Origin: Ignavibacteriota bacterium
GTDB taxonomy: Bacteria; Bacteroidota; Ignavibacteria; UBA10030
Reading direction: 5' to 3'
Length of the DNA: 64,000 nucleotides
NCBI GenBank assembly: GCA_963727825.1
Contig: CAVSHO010000001.1
Coordinates: 224,001 to 288,000 of the forward strand
The notes under the pieces are model-generated. The model did no database searches. It was not told the DNA's origin and saw only the letters and a program-made list of their open reading frames with translations. Both the position numbers and the translations under genes were made by a program. This document shows, in pieces, positions 19,274 to 29,000 of this stretch. The number at the start of each line of letters is the position of its first letter. Position 1 is the first letter of the stretch.

Positions 19274-20023
19274 ATGAGACTAGCAATTAACATCGACCAT
19301 GTTGCAACATTGCGAAATGCACGCGGAGGATACGATCCGGATCCAGTGAAAGCGGCGCTTATTTGCGAGGAAGCCGGTGCTGTTGGTATTGTGTGCCATT
19401 TGCGTGAAGACCGGCGACACATGAATGATGATGATGTAAAACGCCTCCGCTCCATGATCAAGAAAAAACTCGACCTTGAAATGGCAGCCACCGAGGAAAT
19501 TATCGGTATTGCCATTAAAATAAAACCTGATCTTGTAACGCTTGTGCCGGAACGCCGTATGGAACTTACAACCGAAGGCGGGTTAGATGTGGTCGCGCAG
19601 AAGAAATATCTCAGTGAAGTTGTTAAGCAATTCAAACAAAATAAAATTCCAGTGAGCTTGTTCATTGATCCCACAGAAGCACAAGTGCGTGCATCAGCAG
19701 ATATCGGAACGGATATGATAGAAATTCATACCGGCGAATATGCCGAAGCAAAAACCGAAAGCGAAGTGAGGGAACAATTCCAGCGAATTCAGGAAGCCGC
19801 AAAACTTGGCAAATCGCTCAAGCTTGGCGTCAATGCCGGCCATGGATTAGATTATGAGAATGTTGCATCGGTTGCGGCTATCCGCGAAATTGACGAAATG
19901 AGTATCGGTCACGTCGTAATCGTACGAGCATTGTTCGTTGGGTTAGATCAAGCAGTGCGTGAGATGATACATTTGGTTGAAGGAAGAACAAGCAAGATAA
20001 GGCGACTGATGGAAGAAGAGTAG
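19274..20023 (+). CDS. pdxJ: Pyridoxine 5'-phosphate synthase
   Basis: NIDHVATLRNAR, HLREDRRH, TTEGGLD, VNAGHGL. Confidence 0.98.
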   Translation: MRLAINIDHVATLRNARGGYDPDPVKAALICEEAGAVGIVCHLREDRRHMNDDDVKRLRSMIKKKLDLEMAATEEIIGIAIKIKPDLVTLVPERRMELTTEGGLDVVAQKKYLSEVVKQFKQNKIPVSLFIDPTEAQVRASADIGTDMIEIHTGEYAEAKTESEVREQFQRIQEAAKLGKSLKLGVNAGHGLDYENVASVAAIREIDEMSIGHVVIVRALFVGLDQAVREMIHLVEGRTSKIRRLMEEE

Positions 20024-20070
20024 GAGTGAAGAGATTATATCAACTCAAAATCAAGAAGTTGACTCACTAT

Positions 20071-21058
20071 CTATACTTTCATCGCTTCATCCAGCACAAG
20101 CTGATTTTTCAATCCTTCTTCTCCTGGCACAGGTAAAGCAGTATTATTGAGTATCGAATCGGAGAAGAGAGTTATTTCTTTTTCATATAGATTCGGAACA
20201 ATAATATTTTCCTCTCTTGTTTCTGCTGCCGTGCCATTTTTCCCTAACACAATCTTCAATGGAAGGGTTAAATTACTTGATGTAAAGTTTTCAGCATAAA
20301 GGATACCTTCCTGTCCAATTACTTCTATAATAGACCGGCGGAACGATGTAACAAAAGAACAATATATGCTTGCCGGCGTTCCTTGCGAAAACTTGAGTGC
20401 CAAAAGCGATGTCTGTTCTGTTGCGGTATCTGTTGGTATTGGTGCAAGCTGACTCTTCACTGAAATAACATTGTCATCTAATAAGTAACGGATAGTATCT
20501 AAACAGTGAACGCCAATATCGTAAGTCGGCCCGCCGCCTGCAATTTTTTTGTCTCGTAACCATTGCCGTTATTGAAAGGCGTGCATCGTAAATATATTCT
20601 GCTTTCACAAATTCAACTTTGCCAATAATATCCGAACGAATTAATTCCTTTATACGGATAATAATGGGAGAGAGGCGAACCATTTGCCCGACCATCAGCT
20701 TCACATTCTTGCTGCGGCAGACTTCGATCATCTGCTTGGCTTCTGCAACATTCATCGCCATTGGTTTTTCCACGAGAACATGCTTGCCGGCGAGTGCGGC
20801 TGTGATTGTATCCTGCGCATGCTGGACTACTGCGGAAGCGACAAACACTGCATCGATATCCGGATGGTTTGCTAATTTTTCTGCGGAATCAAACGCCAGC
20901 GGGACATGAAATGCACGCGCTTTTTCTGCAGCGTCAGTGAGCGAACGCTTCTGAAGCGCGACCAATTCCGAGTTTGTCGATGCTTGAATTGCAGGTGCGA
21001 CAGTACGTTCAGCAAAGTTTCCGAAGCCAAGAATACCATAACGAACTTTTCGTGCCAT
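20071..21058 (-). CDS. Gfo/Idh/MocA oxidoreductase, frameshifted near 20570
   Basis: GILGFG, GKHVLVEKPMA; the second frame carries GGGPTYDIGVHCLD and continues into ORF 20071-20460. Confidence 0.85.
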
Positions 21059-21210
21059 CTCTTCCTCCGTATCAGGATTATCTAAATTAAAAATACGGAA
21101 GAATGCTTATGAACCCAAATAGATTATTCTTTTAATTCCCATTGTTGAATCTCTCTTGTAGAACTTGTAGATTATGCCGTAACATTCCAATAACTTTTTA
21201 TGAGTCAGCA

Positions 21211-22905
21211 ATGACATCTAACAGTGGGCGACTAAAATTTACTCCGCAACGACCATTGCACATGCTGCAGCGTATTACGAGCAGGCGTAATGCTATGCTG
21301 CTCCTGCGCCTATTTCTCGCGTTTATAACTATCCTTATATTATATTCCATTGTATTTCAGTATCTAATGAATTTAGAAGGGCGGAGATATAGTTACATAT
21401 CAGGGTTGTATTGGATCATTTCAACCATGTGCACGGTAGGATTAGGAGATATTACTTTTTTAAGCGACCTTGGAAGGCTTTTTTCAATTCTCGTAATCAG
21501 CACAGGTATTTTCTTTTTACTTGTGCTGCTGCCATTTACCATTATTCAACTCTTTCAGTCATCAGCACGTGTTCCCCGCGAATTGCCGCAAAACACACGC
21601 GGCCATGTTGTACTGACGGAATATGGCGCTTTGACGAGCGCTCTAATTGAGCGGCTTGAGCAATATAATCAAAACTATGCTGTACTAGTTTCCGATATTG
21701 AAGAGGCAATGCATTTACGGGATCAAGGAATTAAAACCGTTGCAGGCGAGCTTGACGATCCGAACACCTTCAAGGAAATTCGTATTGAACAAGCAGCATT
21801 TGTTGTAGCAACTGGCTCCGATACTACCAACACATCGCTTGTATATACAGTTCGGCAGGTATCAAATGAAATCCCGATTATTTCTGTGGCAAGCGGAGAA
21901 CCAGCGGTGAAAATTTTAGAACAAGCCGGCTGTACGCATGTTCTTGCTCTCGATGAAATGATGGGTCAATCACTTGCGCGAAGAATAATTGCCGGCGATG
22001 CTATGGCGCACGTTATTGGGCAGGTAGATGATTTGGTAGTTGCAGAAGCGGCAGCCGCTGGTACGCCATTGGTCGGTAAAACTCTTGAGCAAGCGCATGC
22101 ATCTCATATTGTTGATGCGTCGATTATCGGAGTTTGGGAAGGCGGGGTATTCGTTCTACCTCAAAGGAACATGACCATCACTAAAAAAAGTATTCTTGTG
22201 CTTGCCGGGACACAAAACTACATTGACCGATACAACGAGTTGTTTTGCATCTACAATATTAATAGTGCACCTATTGTGATTATCGGCGGGGGAAGTGTCG
22301 GGAGTGCAATGGGACGTTCGATGAAAGAGCGGGAACTTGATTTTCGGATTATTGAGAAATCAAAGGAGCTTATTCTTGATGACAAACGATATATTCAAGG
22401 GGATGCAACGAATATTCAAGTGTTGAAACAAGCAGGTTTTTTTGAAGCGCCTGCCGTTGCAATTACCAGCCACAGCGATCCGATCAACATCTTTCTAACC
22501 ACGTATTGCAGATATTTAAGAAAAGATATTCAAATTATCAGCCGTGCAACATTAGACCGGAGCATTCATACATTACATACCGCCGGTTGTGATTTTGTTA
22601 TCTCGCATGCGTCTCTGGGTGCGAATAATATTTTCAACTTATCGAAACGCGGAAATATTTTGATGATCGCAGAGGGCGTCGATGTATTCCGCGTGAAAAC
22701 ACCCATAGCACTAATAGGCAAGACTATCAAATATGCATCCATTCAGGAAGAATGCGGCTGCAACATTATCGGTGTCAGTGCCAACGGATCGATGACAATC
22801 AATCCGTTGGTTGAGACAATACTTCCTGCTAATGGAGAAATTGTTCTAATCGGCAGTGTCGAATCGGAAGAAAAGTTTTTCCGTCAGTACAAACCAAAAG
22901 AATAA
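21211..22905 (+). CDS. Potassium channel (Ion_trans_2) with tandem RCK/TrkA domains
   Basis: Two TM helices with TVGLGD filter; IIGGGSVG RCK motif; TrkA_C-like ends. Confidence 0.88.
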   Translation: MTSNSGRLKFTPQRPLHMLQRITSRRNAMLLLRLFLAFITILILYSIVFQYLMNLEGRRYSYISGLYWIISTMCTVGLGDITFLSDLGRLFSILVISTGIFFLLVLLPFTIIQLFQSSARVPRELPQNTRGHVVLTEYGALTSALIERLEQYNQNYAVLVSDIEEAMHLRDQGIKTVAGELDDPNTFKEIRIEQAAFVVATGSDTTNTSLVYTVRQVSNEIPIISVASGEPAVKILEQAGCTHVLALDEMMGQSLARRIIAGDAMAHVIGQVDDLVVAEAAAAGTPLVGKTLEQAHASHIVDASIIGVWEGGVFVLPQRNMTITKKSILVLAGTQNYIDRYNELFCIYNINSAPIVIIGGGSVGSAMGRSMKERELDFRIIEKSKELILDDKRYIQGDATNIQVLKQAGFFEAPAVAITSHSDPINIFLTTYCRYLRKDIQIISRATLDRSIHTLHTAGCDFVISHASLGANNIFNLSKRGNILMIAEGVDVFRVKTPIALIGKTIKYASIQEECGCNIIGVSANGSMTINPLVETILPANGEIVLIGSVESEEKFFRQYKPKE

Positions 22906-22965
22906 ACTTCTCCGATCGCTTAAACCTGCCCGCCGAAGGCACGCAGGCGGGGCGGTCGGAGAGGT
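22906..22965. repeat. Host hairpin with 27-nt GC-rich palindrome in its loop
   Basis: ACTTCTCCGATCGC-TTAAA-[CCTGCCCGCCGAAGGCACGCAGGCGGG]-GCGGTCGGAGAGGT. Confidence 0.7.
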
Positions 22966-22977
22966 ACTAAAACAGGT

Positions 22978-23006
22978 TTGCATTCTTTCCTATTTTCGAG
23001 TATTTT
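22978..23006 (+). promoter_or_regulatory. Putative fba promoter
   Basis: TTGCAT-17nt-TATTTT. Confidence 0.5.
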
Positions 23007-23155
23007 GAAATAGATCGTTCGATACGGCATCGCCACTCCGTTATCGATCGGAACCATAAATCTTCTCTTCGACTTTTTCCGGTTTCAAGAGAACTCTCTA
23101 TTATATAATGGTGTTATTCATAATGTGGCTTAACACAGAACAACGGATGATAAAT

Positions 23156-24148
23156 ATGATAAATTATAAAGAATTAGGATTGGTTAATTCGAAAGAATTA
23201 TTCCAGAAAGCTATAAAAGGCGGGTATGCGATTCCAGCTTTTAACTTCAACAACTTGGAACAATTGCAGGCAATCATTGGAGCATGCGTGGAGACTAAGT
23301 CGCCAGTTATTCTTCAGGTATCGAGTGGCGCACGAAAATACGCAAATCAGACACTGCTTCGGTACCTTGCACAAGGCGCTGTGGAGTACGCAAAAGAACT
23401 GGGCTGCGCTATTCCTATTGTACTTCATTTAGATCATGGCGATACTTTTGAACTTTGCAAATCTTGTATTGAATTCGGTTTTTCATCAGTGATGATTGAT
23501 GGCTCACATCATCCCTATGACAAGAATGTGGAACTGACCCGCCAAGTAGTTGAATACGCACATAAGTACGATGTTACAGTTGAAGGTGAGTTGGGCGTCT
23601 TGGCTGGTATCGAAGATGCAGTCTCCAGCGCTGTCACTCATTATACGAAGCCGGCAGAAGTGGAAGATTTCGTGAAAAAGACTGGTGTGGACTCGCTGGC
23701 AATTTCAATCGGCACTTCCCACGGGGCGAACAAGTTCAAGCCGGAACAATGCACTCGCACTGCTGATGGCGTATTGCTGCCGCCGCCGCTTCGTTTTGAT
23801 ATTTTGGAAGAAGTGGAAAAACGGATTCCAGGATTTCCCATTGTACTTCATGGCGCTTCTTCTGTACCGGTTGAGTTGGTGAAGATCATCAATGCCAATG
23901 GCGGCAAGTTGAAAGATGCGGTTGGAATTCCGGAAGACCAACTCCGCAGAGCGGCAAAATCGGCAGTCTGTAAAGTGAACATCGATTCGGATGGACGATT
24001 GGCTATGACGGCGGGTGTACGTAAAGCATTGATCGATAATCCGGCCGAGTTCGATCCGCGCAAATACTTAGGGCCTGCACGTGATCAACTCAAAGAACTT
24101 TACAAACACAAAGTCACAAATGTGCTTGGCAGTGCCGGTAAAGCGTAA
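23156..24148 (+). CDS. fba: Class II fructose-bisphosphate aldolase
   Basis: LHLDHG, SVMIDGS, VEGELG, GTSHG, VLHGAS, KVNIDSD, FDPRKYL. Confidence 0.97.
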   Translation: MINYKELGLVNSKELFQKAIKGGYAIPAFNFNNLEQLQAIIGACVETKSPVILQVSSGARKYANQTLLRYLAQGAVEYAKELGCAIPIVLHLDHGDTFELCKSCIEFGFSSVMIDGSHHPYDKNVELTRQVVEYAHKYDVTVEGELGVLAGIEDAVSSAVTHYTKPAEVEDFVKKTGVDSLAISIGTSHGANKFKPEQCTRTADGVLLPPPLRFDILEEVEKRIPGFPIVLHGASSVPVELVKIINANGGKLKDAVGIPEDQLRRAAKSAVCKVNIDSDGRLAMTAGVRKALIDNPAEFDPRKYLGPARDQLKELYKHKVTNVLGSAGKA

Positions 24149-24161
24149 GCACAAAAACGAG

Positions 24162-24212
24162 AAACCTTCGGAGGGTTTTCTCAACTTATACCAAGTAACC
24201 TTCCGAAGGTCT
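24162..24212. repeat. REP-like inverted pair
   Basis: AAACCTTCGGAGGGTT ... AACCTTCCGAAGGTCT; each unit is itself palindromic. Confidence 0.65.
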
Positions 24213-24221
24213 TCTACGACG

Positions 24222-24247
24222 ATCCCGCCTTGAGCGGGATTTTTTTT
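24222..24247 (+). terminator. Rho-independent terminator after fba
   Basis: ATCCCGC-CTTGA-GCGGGAT followed by T-tract. Confidence 0.85.
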
Positions 24248-24386
24248 ATCATAAGTAGAGACGTTCCCCACATTAAATTCATCACATCCAATTTTTACAT
24301 TTGCCGTTTGAGATATAGAAAATCCCGGAAAATATTTCTATATTTGCTGCGCACTTTGAACCTACACAAACATATGGAGCAATATT

Positions 24387-24755
24387 ATGGCTGGTGTCTA
24401 TGAACTCAATTATGAAGGTAAAACAATTCTCTGTATGGATATTACAGGTCTGCAATCAAAAGATAAACCAGAATTTCTTAAGCATGTTAAAAGTGCAAAA
24501 GAAATAATCCGGAAGCAGCCTCCAAAATCGCTTCTGGTTATTACAAAAGTAACAAATACAGGATTTGATACAGAGGTTGCAAACATCATTAAAGAGTATG
24601 CACAGCATAATACGCCATATGTAAAAGCGAGTGCAATAGTTGGAATATCAGGGTGGCAGAAAATAATTTTGACTGCGGTAAAAGCTTTGACGGGAAGGGA
24701 TTTCTATATAACAGATACAATGGAAGAAGCGCAGGAGTGGTTAGTTAAGCAATAA
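24387..24755 (+). CDS. Hypothetical protein, SpoIIAA/STAS-SEC14-like
   Basis: GGAG RBS; KASAIVGISG and C-terminal EEAQEWL typical of SpoIIAA-like proteins. Confidence 0.65.
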   Translation: MAGVYELNYEGKTILCMDITGLQSKDKPEFLKHVKSAKEIIRKQPPKSLLVITKVTNTGFDTEVANIIKEYAQHNTPYVKASAIVGISGWQKIILTAVKALTGRDFYITDTMEEAQEWLVKQ

Positions 24756-24869
24756 AAATTTAGTTATTCACGCCGGCAGTTATGCATTGGTTAAGAATTC
24801 TAATTTTGAGACAAAGTGAACGTCTCTTTATTTATTCAAGTATGTGAATTGATGATCGCTAATTCGATT

Positions 24870-25310
24870 ATGGTTGTCATTCAAAAAGAAATAAAACTCC
24901 GGCCACGCACCCGCGGATTTCATCTGGTCACGTCGGAAATAATTTCTCAAATCCCGGAGTTGAAAACAATTCAGCGAGGAGAGCTTCACGTATTTATCAA
25001 ACACACGTCAGCATCGCTCACACTCAATGAGAATGCCGATCCTACCGTGCGTGAAGATTTTGAAAAGCACTTTAACAAATTAGCTCCAGAGAATGCATCG
25101 TATTACGAACACGACACCGAAGGATCCGACGACATAACAGCACATCTCAAATCATCAATACTTGGAAGCAGCGTTTCCATCCCAGTCACAGATGGCAGAT
25201 TGAATCTTGGTACGTGGCAGGGAATTTATTTCTGCGAGCATCGCAATTATGGCGGAGTAAGAGAATTAGTCCTGACACTCATTGGAGAAGAAGAGGGTTC
25301 TTCGAAATGA
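24870..25310 (+). CDS. yjbQ: YjbQ/UPF0047 family protein
   Basis: RGFHLVT, HTSASLTLNENADP, AHLKSS, LGTWQGIYFCEHR. Confidence 0.93.
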   Translation: MVVIQKEIKLRPRTRGFHLVTSEIISQIPELKTIQRGELHVFIKHTSASLTLNENADPTVREDFEKHFNKLAPENASYYEHDTEGSDDITAHLKSSILGSSVSIPVTDGRLNLGTWQGIYFCEHRNYGGVRELVLTLIGEEEGSSK

Positions 25311-25736
25311 ATAGACAATCCTTTTAGTATAAATATCGAATATAGCTCGTAACACCGGTTAATAATTCCATGCATTAAAAGTAAATCTGACACCGGTGGG
25401 ATTTTTTTTATGGTCATTGAGAGACTTTCTATGGACGATAAAATCAATTGCGTAAAGTGTCACAATTGGGCTGTTTTTTGAAAAAACTGCTTGTTTAATT
25501 GAAAATCATATATTATTCCGCAAAAACTCAGAAAGACAAAACTGTAAAGTAAAAAACCGTATTTATATTGATTCAGCGGGGTAGGAGAAAGAAGTTTTAA
25601 GAATACATGGATGAAAAAACGCAGGGCTTGTGAAAAGAACAATAAGTATTAATTTAAAGTTCTTCCATAATCCTTAACTAGAACATACGAATTGAACAGA
25701 ATTACTAACAACGCTTTAACCAAAAATTAATGTGCC

Positions 25737-25793
25737 TTTTTGTGCGTTAGCGCACAAAAAAGACTTGACAAGTTTGTTGAATTCTCATATATT
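25737..25793 (+). promoter_or_regulatory. Near-consensus promoter preceded by a perfect palindrome
   Basis: TTTTTGTGCG-TTAG-CGCACAAAAA (25737-25760) then TTGACA-17nt-TATATT (25765-25793). Confidence 0.75.
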
Positions 25794-25927
25794 GGTTGCA
25801 ATCAGTTGCCGAAGGAACGAGCTGTTTTATAAGTTCCCCTCGGTGTCCTTATCTAAGTTTAAACTCGGCGAGGCTTGCCGGGCAAAAATTCCCTAGAAAA
25901 TCATTTCACGAAATAAGGAGTTTACTA

Positions 25928-25960
25928 ATGATAAGATGGTTGACGTTCAATTCTAGTTAA
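25928..25960 (+). other. 10-aa upstream ORF in leader of the giant surface protein
   Basis: AAGGAG-7nt-ATG, MIRWLTFNSS*. Confidence 0.4.
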
Positions 25961-26053
25961 TTCCTATTGAAGTTCGGAATTCTTCAAAAGTTTTTTAAAT
26001 GATGCCAAAAAAGGCATTTTGAAATTTCAAATAATCTCTAATTGGAGGTACAA

Positions 26054-29000
26054 ATGTTTACAAAAAAACTTCTTAAACTTAGTGCACTGTTTGTAGTGCT
26101 GACTATAGTATTGAGTATCTCTGCGTTTGCTCAAACTACTATTTATGTAAGCGCAACCAATGGTGACGATGTGTTTGGTGCTGGCACATCCGGTAACCCG
26201 TATAGCTCGATCTCTAAAGCTATTTCTGTGGCGACTACGGGTTCTACTATATCTGTCCAAGCTGGGACGTACCAATCCAGCACAGTCAGGCCAGTTCAAA
26301 CAGGTGGAACGGGTGATGATGCTTTAGCGGTTACAGGATCATTGAACCTTACTTTTGTTGCTACTGCTCTAAATAGCGACACTACAGTATGGATTACAAA
26401 AGGTATTAATATTAATACAACAGGTACTGTTAACCTTGGCGTTACGGGGAAAGTCTTTAATTTGGGCACAACTGCTACTGCCTTGCAATTAACAGCCGGT
26501 ACATTGAATATTAGCCCTTATGTTGTTTTTGGTAGTGGCGCTATCCTTACTGTTAATAACGGAATAATGGTTGGTGTGCCAACAATTACAACAGCTCTTA
26601 ACGTCACATTCAATGGAACAAATGCAGTTGCTTCTACTTCTGCCTTCCTTCCTAACAGTCTTGGGACAGGTCTATTAACATGTGCCAAAACATCAAGTGC
26701 TCTTACTATTGATAATGCATCTTTGACATGTGCAGGAATCACTGTTAGCGGTGGAGGTGCCGTAACAATTGCAAGTAATATTACCAGCACAGCTAATATT
26801 AATATCACTGGCGCTGCTGCGGTTACATTGAATGGTAATCTTACACTCGGCACTGCAACTGCAGGCGCTGCATGCGATATTATCAACGCAAATAGCGGTA
26901 CACTTACAGTAGGCACAAGCTCTACTAACACTTTGACTATGTATACAACTGCTATTCAAGCTTCAGAAGCAACAGATGGAAACGTTGGAGAAATTAAAAA
27001 TACTGCTACAGGTAAAATTATTGTTAACTCAACTGTAACTGAAAATATTAAGAATACGGGTACCAGTACTGACGGTGGTGAACAACTTGTATTAACCGTT
27101 GGATTGCCGCTTATCAATAATACAGGTGGTGGAGCTGCGGCTATCACAATAAACGGAAATATAAGTTTTATTAATACAAACGTTGTTGGTAGTGTCCCGG
27201 CAAATAATCAGGTTAGTCATATTGTTACACTTTCTAATTCAGGTGCTGGCACTATTACATTGGGTGGTAGCATCCTTACACCGGCTTCGACAGCGGCTTT
27301 CACCACTCCTCCCTGGATAAATGTTATGTTATCAAATACAGGCGGTGGAACATTCGCAACCAGAGGTGCGGCATTAAGAGGTGTGGCGGGAACTCAAGGT
27401 ATTACTAACAGCACAGCCGCCGGCACAATGACATTGGGTCAACCAGGCGATGCATTCACAACTAATTACGATATTATGAATGACTTTGCCGGTTCAACTC
27501 TCACTCTTAATGGAACCGGAACTCTTGGCGGTGCATTAACTAATAATAATGCAACTTCAGTGGTAGCTCTTGGTGCGAATCAAACAATTGCAGGACTTGT
27601 AACTAATACAGGTAAAATTAAATTAAATACTTTTACACTTACATTGACCAAGACCACTGCAGCAGCGTTAGCTGGTGCAGGGGATATGTATTCAGTGACA
27701 ACAGCTACTATAGGTACAGGTGTTGTTGCATTTACCGGTGCAGTGGGTTCGTCAACATATACCGGTAATTTACCAAACGTTCAAATTGCCAGTGGCACTT
27801 CGTTTTCTCTCGCTGGCAATACCATATATGGTAACTTATTTACAGCAGGTTCAGGTACTGTTAGCCTTGCAGGTGCTACGGTTATCAAAGGCGACTTTGA
27901 CTTAACTGGCGCAGGTGTGGTTACAGTTAGTGGTGCATCATCTGTAGCTGGAAATGTTAATATGACTGCCGGCAGTATTACTTTAGCGGCTAATTTGACA
28001 GTTTCAGGTACATTTACTATGCCTCAAGGTAATTTTAATTTTGGTTCATTTTCTTTAATTCTAAATGGTAATTTTAACAGAACAGCGGGAACAATTACAG
28101 CTGGTACCGGCACTTTGGATTTTGAAGGTACTTCACCTCAAACATTCAATCCAGGTACTCAAATGAATGTTTACAATGTTACTGTTAACAATACAGGAAC
28201 GTATGTAGCTGGTGTGGTTACTAATGATATCGTTACTGTGTCGGGTTCTTTGTTTGTTCTAAATAACTTTAACCTTACCTCGGGTCAGGTTCAAATGGGA
28301 ACAAATAATATTAGAATGGATGGCAACACAAGTGCGAGATTCACAAATGGCGGCCGCGGTTACACAGCAAATGGTATCGGCGGTGTTGTCTTTGAAGGAT
28401 CTGGCGCACTTGCCGGTGCAGGTACTGGTGCGGTTATTACCGGCACTAATGCGTATTCTAATATTTTCGTAAGACTTACAACACAAACTAACAATGTATA
28501 CTGTCTTGGAGCGGTTAAAATTTCAGGCGTAATTACATTGGATGGCGGTGGGATTATTTGGAATACAACAGATAATGGTGCGGATGCGTTTAGTGCAAGC
28601 ACTTTGACGCTGGATCAAAGCTTAACAACTCCGGGTTTTCCGACAGTTGTTATCAATACAGCCAACGGACATCCCTCACCATTCTTAGTTAATGGAGCTG
28701 TTGCAGCATTAGCAGCGCCACAACCGGCATTTTCTCCTTCATGCCTATATAACTTATCTTATACAGGCAGCACTGGCGCAACAATGGGAGCGACCGATTT
28801 TGTTACCGGATATGTAAATAATCTTTCATTAGTACAGGGCACTGGCAAAACCATTACAGGTTTAGCTTCAATGGCTATTTTAGGTAACTTGAGTGTCGAT
28901 CCTCTTGATGTATTAAATCTTACCGGCGCAGGAACCTTGACTTTAAGCAGCAACACGGGTGCGCATACTGTTAATGGCACAGTTACCGCTGGAACAGTAG

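Noticed and set aside
17385-19286. ORF-track start at 19286, and other extended starts (8256, 21142, 23108, 24816, 42894)
   Set aside because: Extensions overlap neighbours or repeats and are non-homologous; downstream ATGs match family N-termini.
25800-26050. c-di-GMP or other known riboswitch in the surface-protein leader
   Set aside because: GGCAAA occurs but the rest of the consensus is absent.
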